Origin: an uncultured Candidatus Saccharibacteria bacterium
GTDB taxonomy: Bacteria; Patescibacteriota; Minisyncoccia; Phycocordibacterales; UBA5272
Direction of reading: 5' to 3'
DNA length: 64,000 nucleotides
Assembly: GCA_964512315.1 (NCBI GenBank)
Contig: CAZEIK010000003.1
Span: 22,548-86,547, forward strand
Below are positions 39,222 to 48,619 of the stretch, piece after piece. How positions within the stretch are numbered: position 1 is the stretch's first letter; each line of letters begins with the position of its first letter. Position numbers and translations under genes: made by a program. The notes beneath the pieces are model-generated. The model was not told the origin of the DNA. It ran no database searches and was given only the letters and a program-made list of their open reading frames with translations.

Positions 39222-39785
39222 ATGAATAAAAAATTTCTATACATTATTTTAGTAATTACAATAATGGCTATTGGGGTTGCGGTTTTCAATCAAAAGCCTG
39301 ATGCTCTAAAATCTAATGGGGTAACGGTATCTGATTATAAGAATGCGACCTATAACATCGACGGTAAAAATATAAAATTAGCTAACGGATACGCAGAAGA
39401 AGCAATACCACAGTCTAGTTTAAAAGTTGTTACACAATATTTTGGAAATGATCTGATAACAGATCTTAATGGTGATGAACGAGATGACATTGTCTTTTTT
39501 GTCACTCAGCAAACTGGAGGTAGCGGGACTTTCTACTATGTTGCAGCTGCTATCAATACAAATAATGGATATATTGGTTCTGATGGATACTTTGTTGGTG
39601 ACAGAATAGCCCCACAAACAATCAATAATAGCCAGAAGCCGGAACACAAAAATGTAGTAGTGGTAAATTATGCCGAAAGAAAAACCGAAGAACCGATGAT
39701 TGCACAGCCTTCAATTAGTAAGAGCGTATATCTAAAGATAGACGAAAACAATAGATGGGGCGTTGTTATACCTGATTTCAAATAA
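39222..39785 (+). CDS. Secreted or membrane-anchored hypothetical protein
   Basis: N-terminal TM; YKNATY.IDG, DLNGD..DD, GGSGTFYY, GDRIAPQ. Confidence 0.8.
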   Translation: MNKKFLYIILVITIMAIGVAVFNQKPDALKSNGVTVSDYKNATYNIDGKNIKLANGYAEEAIPQSSLKVVTQYFGNDLITDLNGDERDDIVFFVTQQTGGSGTFYYVAAAINTNNGYIGSDGYFVGDRIAPQTINNSQKPEHKNVVVVNYAERKTEEPMIAQPSISKSVYLKIDENNRWGVVIPDFK

Positions 39786-39790
39786 TAAAA

Positions 39791-40210
39791 ATGAACGCTA
39801 CTCCTCAAGAAAGATTACAATCAGCAATGATGTATGCGATGGACAATCGTCCAAAAGTTGGAGGATTCCCATTTTTAGCTGAATGTTTGAAAAAAGCTGG
39901 TGTACAAAATAATATCTGGTCCCTGCCTAGCACACAAAGTATATACATAATGGATGACGCTGTTCTAGTGCAACAAGGCACACCGCTTGTAACAGGTATG
40001 AATACAGTTTCTAATTTTAATGAGGCAGCACTGGTTGCAGCCATTCGTGCTGACCAAGCTGGAGAAACAACTTTCCCAGAATTTTTAAACGCAGCTTGGA
40101 ATGCCGGCGTTATTAGATATGATGTAGATTTTATTAATCGTAAGGTATTTTATTATGGAGCGCGCGGCGAATGCTACACAGAATCCTACCCCGCTGTAAA
40201 TATCGAATAA
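39791..40210 (+). CDS. DUF1398-like protein
   Basis: GGFPFLAECLKKAGV, AIRADQAGETTFPEFL..AW.AGV.RYDVDF..R.V.YYG. Confidence 0.75.
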   Translation: MNATPQERLQSAMMYAMDNRPKVGGFPFLAECLKKAGVQNNIWSLPSTQSIYIMDDAVLVQQGTPLVTGMNTVSNFNEAALVAAIRADQAGETTFPEFLNAAWNAGVIRYDVDFINRKVFYYGARGECYTESYPAVNIE

Positions 40211-40214
40211 TAAG

Positions 40215-40499
40215 CTAAGCGGTTGCCTCGGCGATTACTTGCTTAGCTTTATCTTCTAATCGTGCCCCTAGGTCAATATTGAGCGATTCACAGATACTAC
40301 TAACAGTCTCCTGATTGCCAGCATTCAGCGCCTCTACTAATTCCTTTCTCTTTGCTTCATCGGTAACCGCCTCGATCAACTCAACCAGGAACTCGGACAT
40401 TATCAACTCTCCCAAGTTAGCAATAACTTCATCCCTCTGTGCATCATCTGGAAAATTAGCTTTTAATAAGTCGCTTAGTTGTGTGTAAATTTCTTGCAT
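40215..40499 (-). CDS. Hypothetical helical protein
   Basis: 94-aa ORF directly downstream of the LysM gene. Confidence 0.65.
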   Translation of the reverse strand: MQEIYTQLSDLLKANFPDDAQRDEVIANLGELIMSEFLVELIEAVTDEAKRKELVEALNAGNQETVSSICESLNIDLGARLEDKAKQVIAEATA

Positions 40500-40504
40500 A
40501 GTTT

Positions 40505-41887
40505 TTATTTAAGTAATTCTTTAAGTTTTAATACGTCTATATTTTGTCCTATTGCTATTTTATTAACATTATCAATTCCTAATTCCGCTAACGCCTTCTT
40601 GCCGTCCACAGAAGAAAGTAAATTATAAATCTTTGTTAGCTTCTGTTTATCATCTAGGCCAGACTCACCCAGAACTCTTTCTTTTAAAATTTTCTCAAGA
40701 TTATCTCCCGCTTCTACTGTATAACTTTCTAATCGTGGAACAACTTCAGGTGTCGCAACTTGTGACATATCTATATCCTTAACATCCATTACAGACTTTG
40801 GACCAGAGAACTCTTCCAGTAAAGGGCTTGGTGTTGGCTCACTAGTACCAAGTGAATCTTTTACCAGGTCAGATACTGGGCTAGAAATCAAATTGTCAGT
40901 CATGATATTGATCAGCTCGCCTATTAAATTAGGACCAGCAACACCAATCAGCCCTCCAATAGAAAGAGATTTGATCATAAGTTTAACTTTTTCTTCTTTG
41001 GTAAGCTCGCGACCAATGTCTTTTGCCACCTTCTCACCTTTTTCATATATACCCCTTGCAACACTACCGACAGCCAAAGATTTAGTTATCAAAGATGTGG
41101 CGCCAGCTGTGGCTATACCCGCAGCAGAAAATGCAACACCTAGCGCAATCTTTTGTTTAACTGATAAGGCGTTGTATCTGTCCGCAGCCTTACATCCTAG
41201 TGAAGTCAACTTTTTAGCCGCCTCTGTCGAACGTTGTTTTATCGCTTCTAAAGTTAACTTCGGCTTTTTAACTTCTGGTATTACTACTGACTCACGTACT
41301 GAATCATTTATAACAGGTATCTCTGTCTGTACCGAACTTGTAGAAATTGGCTCAGCTAACTTAATAGCCTGTCTTGCGGTAGCGATAGACGCAGCTCGCT
41401 CTTGTAACACTTGTTGCAGAACTTCTATCCTTATGTCATTCTCAATATGAATTGTATTAGGGTCAAAATAAGTCCCTGGCAACTTGTTGTAAGCTGCTTG
41501 CAAAGTTAATTTTTGAATACTTTCTATAGCTTCTCTTATTTGATCATCTGTCATGTTAACAGTCATATTCCTAGCATTCGCTTTTATGGTATTAATGTCT
41601 AGCTCTTTAGGTAACCCTTCTGGTCGAGAGTTAGCTTTAAATAGATTTGAAAGGTCTTCTTCTCGTGGAGGGTTTTTTCTTTGTAAGCTAAAGTCTACAC
41701 CAGCATAACGTTCTGGATTACTAGTCACTATCCCAGCTTGTGCCAACTTTTCATCAGCTTTTCTTCTTCTAAAAACACCAGTGAACTTAGACCAAAGACT
41801 AGCCTGCTTAGTAGGAGTTGGAGTTTCGGTAACTGGAACTTGAGGTTGCTGATTAGCGTCTTGATATTGATTAGGCTGATTATCCAT
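40505..41887 (-). CDS. Membrane protein with C-terminal LysM-like domain
   Basis: YTVEAGDNLEKI...NVNKIAIGQNI at C-terminus; two Gly/Ala-rich hydrophobic segments. Confidence 0.7.
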   Translation of the reverse strand: MDNQPNQYQDANQQPQVPVTETPTPTKQASLWSKFTGVFRRRKADEKLAQAGIVTSNPERYAGVDFSLQRKNPPREEDLSNLFKANSRPEGLPKELDINTIKANARNMTVNMTDDQIREAIESIQKLTLQAAYNKLPGTYFDPNTIHIENDIRIEVLQQVLQERAASIATARQAIKLAEPISTSSVQTEIPVINDSVRESVVIPEVKKPKLTLEAIKQRSTEAAKKLTSLGCKAADRYNALSVKQKIALGVAFSAAGIATAGATSLITKSLAVGSVARGIYEKGEKVAKDIGRELTKEEKVKLMIKSLSIGGLIGVAGPNLIGELINIMTDNLISSPVSDLVKDSLGTSEPTPSPLLEEFSGPKSVMDVKDIDMSQVATPEVVPRLESYTVEAGDNLEKILKERVLGESGLDDKQKLTKIYNLLSSVDGKKALAELGIDNVNKIAIGQNIDVLKLKELLK

Positions 41888-41931
41888 ATAAAAATAGTAT
41901 ATTACACCCTTAAGTATTTTTAAAATGATAA

Positions 41932-43578
41932 CTATTTACGTCTGTCTATTTTAGACTTTGAATACTCCCAACTAATCCCCACTTTTTTGTTAGGATTAAA
42001 TACTCCTTTTGAATCAAAAATATTCTTAACCTCTTTGAATATATTAATCATCTTGTCGCTGAACATATAATTCAGAAATGGTGCACGTATAAGTCCATCA
42101 TTATGCTCGCCCGAGAGAGACCCATGATATTCCCTAACCAACTCATACACCTGGTCTGAAATCGTCTTAATCTCTTCTATACTTTTATCCTCACTCAACT
42201 TCATAAGAGGTATAACGTGTATGTTACCATCACCAACATGACCAGCAATGGTGTATACGAGATTATTATCATCGAGTATTTTCTCAAATCTTGGTAAAAA
42301 TAAAGGCAAATCAGACGACTTAACAACAACGTCTTCTATAAATGGCACAGTGCGTACGTCTTTCAACTTGGAACGCAACAAGTTAAACGATTCTCTTCTG
42401 AACACCCAATACTTTTTAGCTTCGGCTTCGGATGAGACTATATGTGTCTGTATATCCTCGTCGCTAGACAAGAGTGAGAAAACTTTTTTGAGATCTTTTT
42501 CTTTTTTGTTAAGAGTGACTCTATCTTTTTCTACGAACTCAATCAACATTACTATCTTTGGAATATTGCCAGTCAACACCATCTTGAACTCGGGCCAGAA
42601 AAGTTTAGCTAAAGAAAAAAGACTACCACCTAGTCTTTTTAAAATTTGTGGTAGGAACTTCATAGCAATCTTGAATGTGTGATCATCAAAAACTTCAAAA
42701 CTCTCTGGCGCAAGAGGGCTGATCATATTCACAACCTTTGGCATGTCAGTAACGTTGCGGAGAAATACAACTGCCATTTTTGACTTCTTCTCATAATCAA
42801 CCAAGCTAAGAGTGATCTCAGTCATCACACCAAGTGTGCCCTGTGAGCCACAGATTAGCTTTGCCAAATTCATAGCATGCCTATCTTTTTGATACACATC
42901 CCAAAGATAATAGCCCGAGGAATTCTTGGTTACTGCTGGGGTGTTCGCCTTGATCTCATCTTCATTATGCTGAATCAGTCTATACACAGCACGGTGTAAA
43001 TCTCCGAACAATGTCTTGTCATTATCTAGAATGTTCTGTAATTCATCACCTGCGAACTCTTTGAATCTATAAATATTTCCATCTGCACATACCATCTCTA
43101 TTTCTTTTACATAATTCAAAGTCTTGCCGTATTTGAAAGTCTTCTCACCTGCTGCATTGTTACCCACCATCCCACCAATGGCACAAAGCTCACGTGAAGC
43201 AGGATAAGATGGCAAAATTAACCCTTTTTTAATAGTCTCCTTCTCCATGTCACGATAAAATACTCCCGGCTCTAGAGTGACAGTCTTATTATCTTTGTCT
43301 ATTTTTATAATTTTATTAAGATGCTCGGTAAAAGAAATAATATATTGATCAGTGAGCGACCCCCCACTCATACATGTACCAGCCGCTCTCGAGGAGACGC
43401 TAACATTGGAGTCCGGGTTAGCATTCTTAGCAAGAACAGCCTCTCTTACGAATTCTAGTAATTCTGTTTTTGTTTTTGGTGCAAAAACACCACTTGGTCG
43501 TATTCTAAAAATAGAAGCGTCTATGGAAAATGATTCTAAAGTTTTCTCGCTCTTATCCAAATCAAACTTTTCAAACAT
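41932..43578 (-). CDS. FAD-binding oxidoreductase (GlcD/D-lactate dehydrogenase-like)
   Basis: RAAGTCMSGG, GGMVGNNAAG, GSQGTLG, GHVGDGNIH, SGEHNDG, FNPNKK. Confidence 0.9.
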   Translation of the reverse strand: MFEKFDLDKSEKTLESFSIDASIFRIRPSGVFAPKTKTELLEFVREAVLAKNANPDSNVSVSSRAAGTCMSGGSLTDQYIISFTEHLNKIIKIDKDNKTVTLEPGVFYRDMEKETIKKGLILPSYPASRELCAIGGMVGNNAAGEKTFKYGKTLNYVKEIEMVCADGNIYRFKEFAGDELQNILDNDKTLFGDLHRAVYRLIQHNEDEIKANTPAVTKNSSGYYLWDVYQKDRHAMNLAKLICGSQGTLGVMTEITLSLVDYEKKSKMAVVFLRNVTDMPKVVNMISPLAPESFEVFDDHTFKIAMKFLPQILKRLGGSLFSLAKLFWPEFKMVLTGNIPKIVMLIEFVEKDRVTLNKKEKDLKKVFSLLSSDEDIQTHIVSSEAEAKKYWVFRRESFNLLRSKLKDVRTVPFIEDVVVKSSDLPLFLPRFEKILDDNNLVYTIAGHVGDGNIHVIPLMKLSEDKSIEEIKTISDQVYELVREYHGSLSGEHNDGLIRAPFLNYMFSDKMINIFKEVKNIFDSKGVFNPNKKVGISWEYSKSKIDRRK

Positions 43579-43620
43579 AAAGAGAGTGTAGCATAAGAAT
43601 ATTTCTGCTAGAATAAGAAT

Positions 43621-44880
43621 ATGCTAGCAAGGTCTAATAAAACACAGAACATATACGACGTGATTGTGATTGGTGGAGGTGCCTCTGGCATGATGGCAGC
43701 AGGTGTAGCTGGAGAGAATGACAAAAAAGTATTGATACTAGAAAAGAATGGTGAGCTTGGTAAAAAGCTAAAAATCACAGGTGGTGGCAGATGTAACATA
43801 ACCAATAATAAAAATGTGTCTGATATATTGAGCATGTACGGTAAAGCGAGTGGCGCTCTGCAATCACCCTTCTCACAATTCGGAATCTCGGACACTTTTA
43901 AATTCTTCGAGTCTAAAGGTCTCCAGCTTGTAACAGAAGCGAATGACCGCGTATTTCCAGTGACACAAAAAGCATACGATGTATATAAAGTTTTGGAAGA
44001 CTTTATAAAAGAAAATAATGTAGAAGTTTCGCTTAATACTTCTGTTACGAGCGTTGTTAAAAATGAGAACGAAATATTTAAAATCAAAACTAGCAATGGC
44101 GAATTTGAGGCTAAAAATATAATAATTTCAACTGGTGGCCAGAGTCACCCTGAGACGGGATCAACTGGAGATGGATTTAAAATACTTCAAAGTCTGGGGC
44201 ACAAAATAAAAGACCCGACACCAGGACTTGTACCTATTGCAATCGAGGAGTCTTGGATAAAAGAGTTAAGCGGTACAGCGTTAGACGATGTGAAGTTTGT
44301 GGTCTTAGTTGATGGCGTAAAGAAAATACAAAAGAGAGGCAGAGTACTCATAACTCATTTTGGACTTTCTGGACCGCTCATAATTAACACAAGCAAAAAG
44401 ATTGGTGAATTACTTTGTGAAGGCGAGACAAAAATACAATTAGACATGTTCCCCACTCTAGACTACCCAGACTTGGAACGACTAATGCTAGAACATTTTG
44501 ACAATAGTAAAAATAAAGACTTGAAAAATGTTATCAAAGACTTTGCACCAAATGGAACTTATAACTTATTAATAAGTCTATTAGAAAAAAATATATTGGA
44601 TAAAAAAGTGCACAGCATAACCAAAGACGAGAGAAAAAGCATAGCTAGAGCTTTCAAGAATATAAGCTTAACCGTAACCGGACTTATGGGCTTCGATAAA
44701 GCAATTATTGCTGATGGAGGGATAATGTTAAGCGAAATAGACACAAAAAGTATGCAATCCAAAATAATCCGAAGGCTATTCGTAACTGGTGACTTACTTG
44801 ATATATATCGCCCTTCTGGTGGCTACTCGCTACAACTGTGCTGGACCACAGGTTTTGTGGCTGGATCTAATATTAACTAA
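43621..44880 (+). CDS. HI0933/BaiN family flavoprotein
   Basis: GGGASGMMAA, GKKLKITGGGRCNITN, TGSTGDG, THFGLSGP, GGYSLQLCWTTG. Confidence 0.93.
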   Translation: MLARSNKTQNIYDVIVIGGGASGMMAAGVAGENDKKVLILEKNGELGKKLKITGGGRCNITNNKNVSDILSMYGKASGALQSPFSQFGISDTFKFFESKGLQLVTEANDRVFPVTQKAYDVYKVLEDFIKENNVEVSLNTSVTSVVKNENEIFKIKTSNGEFEAKNIIISTGGQSHPETGSTGDGFKILQSLGHKIKDPTPGLVPIAIEESWIKELSGTALDDVKFVVLVDGVKKIQKRGRVLITHFGLSGPLIINTSKKIGELLCEGETKIQLDMFPTLDYPDLERLMLEHFDNSKNKDLKNVIKDFAPNGTYNLLISLLEKNILDKKVHSITKDERKSIARAFKNISLTVTGLMGFDKAIIADGGIMLSEIDTKSMQSKIIRRLFVTGDLLDIYRPSGGYSLQLCWTTGFVAGSNIN

Positions 44881-45227
44881 TCAAGTGGCGCAGGTGCAGG
44901 AGATGAGACAGAGCCAGCTCCATAGAAGAATCTAAGATAATCTATAGGTTGAGCTGGTGTAGAAGTTGGAGTTACTGTTGCTGTAATTGTGGCGTTATTA
45001 GACTTCTTCTTAATTGTAACTTTGTAAGTTGGAGCTGACTTTGTGGAGCTAGCAACTGCTGGAGTTGTTGTAGCTTTGACCTCCTCAATAACAATGTCCT
45101 CTTTTTTAAGAGAGTCTATATTCTCATTACCCCAAGCAAAGCCAATAATAAGGGCCACAATAAACAAAAGAGCAGAAGATATACCTTTAAAATTTTCCTT
45201 CAGGAAAGACAATACTTTTTCTTGCAT
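44877..45227 (-). CDS. Hypothetical membrane-anchored protein with Thr/Pro-rich region
   Basis: TM segment then low-complexity TTTPAVASSTK/TVTPTSTP. Confidence 0.65.
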   Translation of the reverse strand: MQEKVLSFLKENFKGISSALLFIVALIIGFAWGNENIDSLKKEDIVIEEVKATTTPAVASSTKSAPTYKVTIKKKSNNATITATVTPTSTPAQPIDYLRFFYGAGSVSSPAPAPLD

Positions 45228-45252
45228 AATCGGTAATGCTATACTAATTCTT

Positions 45253-45894
45253 ATGATAAATCAAATACCCATAGAAAGGGTCCAAGAAGATGTTAAGCCA
45301 GAGGTGCGAGACTATATAGAGATAGAGGAGGATCATGTCTATCGACTAGGAAGAAGGACTTTCTGGACTCATTTCTATTTTAAATACGCAAAATATTTTG
45401 TACTGTTCGCAATTTTACTTATAGCAATAGTTATTGAAATAAATTTCGGAAGATTGTCCTCATCAGTAGACAATTACTTAACTACCGAATGGTATGGGGC
45501 ATTATCCAAGTTATTGCTTTCAAGTTGGATAATAATGATAGCCTTCTCTATTGCACTTGTAGGCCACTTGCGTACATATGTAATGTATCGCCAACACAAA
45601 TTCCACTTAACCGCTAATGCCTTCCATGTGCGTCGAGGTATATTCTCGATAAAAGAGATAGTTATCGCTTATCATCAGATACAAAATGTAGATATCAGAC
45701 GTCCACTACATTACAGAATGCTAGGACTTTCTAAAATAGATATATCCCTATCCAACAACATGCCAGTTGAGACACATCTAAAAGGCAGCAATCAGACTTC
45801 ACTACTCCCAGTTCTAGAAAAGAAATTAGCCCGAGGCCTCGCTCATGAGCTGGTACGTCGCGGATCGGAATTTGGTGGCAAGAATAATCAGTAG
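45253..45894 (+). CDS. Bacterial PH (bPH_2) domain membrane protein
   Basis: Two TMs then FHVRRGIFSIKEIVIAYHQIQNVDIRRPLHYRMLGLS; start at ATG 45253. Confidence 0.8.
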   Translation: MINQIPIERVQEDVKPEVRDYIEIEEDHVYRLGRRTFWTHFYFKYAKYFVLFAILLIAIVIEINFGRLSSSVDNYLTTEWYGALSKLLLSSWIIMIAFSIALVGHLRTYVMYRQHKFHLTANAFHVRRGIFSIKEIVIAYHQIQNVDIRRPLHYRMLGLSKIDISLSNNMPVETHLKGSNQTSLLPVLEKKLARGLAHELVRRGSEFGGKNNQ

Positions 45895-45923
45895 TTGACA
45901 ATATTCAAATAAAAAAGTATTAT
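45895..45923 (+). promoter_or_regulatory. sigma70 promoter for orphan 45949..46191
   Basis: TTGACA-17 bp-TATTAT followed by AGGAGG SD. Confidence 0.7.
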
Positions 45924-45948
45924 TAGAGTCAGAAAGGAGGGCCTAACT

Positions 45949-46191
45949 ATGCCCCGTACTACCGTAACAAACGAACAGGTTCGAGGTTTTGTAAGCGCAA
46001 TCAACCGGGTTAATCCGAATGTACCGCAAGAAAAAGCGGTCCACCGGATCACCCTTATTGTCAGGAGGGTCCCAAGTTACCTGCTCAAGAGTTTCTTGCA
46101 TGCAGGTATCCCGGCCATCAAAGTTCAAGCGTACGCAACAACGGCCGAAATCATGGCCCAAATGCGAACAGACGCAGTAACGCTCCACTAA
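45949..46191 (+). CDS. Orphan hypothetical protein (80 aa)
   Basis: AGGAGG SD 8 nt before ATG; near-consensus promoter; 4-bp convergent stop overlap with dnaX. Confidence 0.7.
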   Translation: MPRTTVTNEQVRGFVSAINRVNPNVPQEKAVHRITLIVRRVPSYLLKSFLHAGIPAIKVQAYATTAEIMAQMRTDAVTLH

Positions 46192-47165
46192 CCCTCGATC
46201 ACCGCTCCTAACGCCGCCATCAGTGCGGCGTTCTTGTTTTTAGAATATTCAAAAACTGGCTTCTTCTCTAAAAGGAATAACAAATTCTTAGAAGTAAATA
46301 CCGCCTCATGCGCCATAACAAAATCTGAGAATTCAATATCTTCTTCCCCGCTTACCTTTTGCCTTATTAACATACCCTTACGTATAGCTTCTAGCATCTC
46401 ATCATAGAAGCCCGCTCCAACTTCGGCTTTGTCTATATCAGAAAAAAGCTTCTTAATATCTTTGTTATGGACATCTGCCAGGAGATTGTTAATCACTTCT
46501 CTGTCGCCCAAGCGGAACAAACTCTTAATGTCTTCGTATTTAATATTATTACCCAAAGTGTGAAAGACTGTCTCTAGGTTAGACAATGCATCGCGATATG
46601 AGTTGTTACTTTTGCTTGCTAACAAGTCAGCTGACTCATCATCAATTTTAATACCTTCACCTTTTGCTACTTTTAATATTTGTTCAACAAGTGTGTCGCG
46701 GGTGGCTTTTTTGAATTCTATTATCTGAGAGCGCGAGCGAATAGTTGGCAGCAACTTGTCAGCATCAGTAGTACAAAGTATAAAAATAATATGCTTAGGC
46801 GGCTCCTCCAAAGTCTTAAGCAATGCATTGCTGGCCTCCTTGGTTAACATGTGTGCCTCGTCTAATATGTAGACTTTGTATTTTGAATACACCGGCAGCG
46901 TGTGTATTGCTTCACGCAAATCACGAGCCTCATCTATGCCACGATTACTCGCAGCGTCCAATTCAAAAACATCAGCCGGATCAGTACCTAACTCACGAGC
47001 GAACAATCTAGCTAATGTGGTCTTACCTATACCATGCCCACCGCAAAATATATAAGAGTGAGGGATATTTTCTGTTTTACTTATTGAAAGTAGTGTTGCA
47101 ACCGCTGCTTTTTGCCCTATGACTTCGTCAAAGCTATTCGGTCTCCATTTTCGATAAAAACTCAT
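46188..47165 (-). CDS. dnaX: DNA polymerase III subunit gamma/tau (short)
   Basis: YRKWRP..FDEVIGQ, GIGKTT, ELDAASNRGIDE, ILDEAHMLTKEASNALLKTLEEPP. Confidence 0.95.
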   Translation of the reverse strand: MSFYRKWRPNSFDEVIGQKAAVATLLSISKTENIPHSYIFCGGHGIGKTTLARLFARELGTDPADVFELDAASNRGIDEARDLREAIHTLPVYSKYKVYILDEAHMLTKEASNALLKTLEEPPKHIIFILCTTDADKLLPTIRSRSQIIEFKKATRDTLVEQILKVAKGEGIKIDDESADLLASKSNNSYRDALSNLETVFHTLGNNIKYEDIKSLFRLGDREVINNLLADVHNKDIKKLFSDIDKAEVGAGFYDEMLEAIRKGMLIRQKVSGEEDIEFSDFVMAHEAVFTSKNLLFLLEKKPVFEYSKNKNAALMAALGAVIEG

Positions 47166-48156
47166 TAGTACATTGTAACACTTCTTGATAATCTTTACAC
47201 TCGAATAATTTTTCTCTTAATTCTTTAGCGCCAGAGAATCCGTTAACATAAGCCTTATAATGCTTTTTCATAATAGCAAAGCTTTTAATGTCACCCAGCT
47301 TCTCCTCGTAAAGCTTGGTGTGCTCGAGCATTATGTTTAGCTTTTCCTTTAAAGTGTAGTCTTTTTTATTCCAATCAAATCTCCACGGCGAACCAAATGC
47401 TCCACGACCTATCATCACCCCTTCGGCGGCTATGTCTTGATTAGAATATTTATCTTTTGCGTCGTCTAAGTCTCTTGCATCACCATTACCTATAATAAAA
47501 GTATTAGGAGCGAGACTCTTACAGAAACCCTTTATCTCTTTGTACAGCTCCCAATGAGCAGGGACGTCACTCATCTCTTTTCTTGTTCTTAGATGTATTG
47601 TAAGAGCTGGTACATTACAAGCTAATATATGCGGTAGCCACTCTTTGTATTCAATTTTGTTGTACCCTATACGAGTCTTAACAGACACAGGCATGTCTCC
47701 GGCGGCTTCTTGGGCAGCCTTAATAACCGCAACCGCCAGCTCAGGCGTTCTTATAAGACTAGCCCCTGCGCCTTGCTTATTAATAATATCAACCGGGCAA
47801 CCCATGTTAATATCAACACCGTCGAAGCCTAACTCTTTGCAAATCTTAACTGCCTCGCGCATATTCTCTGGATTAGATGTAAAAAGCTGCGCTACAACCG
47901 GTCTCTCGCTAACACCAAACTCTAAGTCCCTCTTCAGAACTTCGCGACCAGGGCTATTGAGTCCGTCAGCCGCAACAAATTCTGTCCACATAACATCGGG
48001 GCCACCGTCTTCTTGTCCTGTACGACTATACTTAGATATCATTGTTCTAAACACAACATCAGTCACATCAGCCATTGGAGCTAGGACGACAACAGGGCGA
48101 CCTTTAATTATCGCTTTCTCTTGTACTTGTTGCCAGAACTTGTAATTCGGTTGCAT
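47134..48156 (-). CDS. tRNA-dihydrouridine synthase
   Basis: LAPMADVTD, DINMGCP, SVKTRIG, IHLRT, GNGD, VMIGRGA. Confidence 0.93.
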   Translation of the reverse strand: MQPNYKFWQQVQEKAIIKGRPVVVLAPMADVTDVVFRTMISKYSRTGQEDGGPDVMWTEFVAADGLNSPGREVLKRDLEFGVSERPVVAQLFTSNPENMREAVKICKELGFDGVDINMGCPVDIINKQGAGASLIRTPELAVAVIKAAQEAAGDMPVSVKTRIGYNKIEYKEWLPHILACNVPALTIHLRTRKEMSDVPAHWELYKEIKGFCKSLAPNTFIIGNGDARDLDDAKDKYSNQDIAAEGVMIGRGAFGSPWRFDWNKKDYTLKEKLNIMLEHTKLYEEKLGDIKSFAIMKKHYKAYVNGFSGAKELREKLFECKDYQEVLQCTNEFLSKMETE

Positions 48157-48619
48157 ATTTATAGAAAACTTTATTCCCAAAACGAATATCTATATACTCT
48201 AACATATTTTCACTTCCCGATGGCGAAGTCTTAAAAATCTTATTATCGAGGACGCTGAGCAGTGTATTAACCAACTTTTTATTGTCAGTTTTTAGGCTAA
48301 AAATAAATTTAGAAAAATCAGTATCTAAATAAACATCGCGATATTCGTCAACAAAAACTTTGTTAGTATTAATATTCTTATTCTCCAGGAGGTTGATCAC
48401 ATTAGCCAAGGCTTGTATATCTTGCTCTCCAACAGTGCTGCTAGATGTTAAGTTCTTAACAATTTGGATTTTCTCTTTGGGCTTAGCTATCTCTGGGTGT
48501 AGTATTACGTCCCATTTTAATCCTAACAAAATAGCAACAACAAAAGCACCAAAAGAAAAAGAATAAATCAAAACCTTTTTAAGCCACTTTGGATTGACCG
48601 AGAATTGTTTTGCCCACAT
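48104..48619 (-). CDS. FtsQ/DivIB-like protein (short; start uncertain)
   Basis: N-terminal TM and C-terminal LEYIDIRFGNKVFYK resembling the FtsQ YIDLR motif. Confidence 0.5.
   Translation of the reverse strand: MWAKQFSVNPKWLKKVLIYSFSFGAFVVAILLGLKWDVILHPEIAKPKEKIQIVKNLTSSSTVGEQDIQALANVINLLENKNINTNKVFVDEYRDVYLDTDFSKFIFSLKTDNKKLVNTLLSVLDNKIFKTSPSGSENMLEYIDIRFGNKVFYKYATELQVLATSTRESDN

Noticed and set aside
45943-46188. - strand 81-aa ORF downstream of dnaX
   Set aside because: The + strand ORF has the promoter and AGGAGG SD, so this is its shadow
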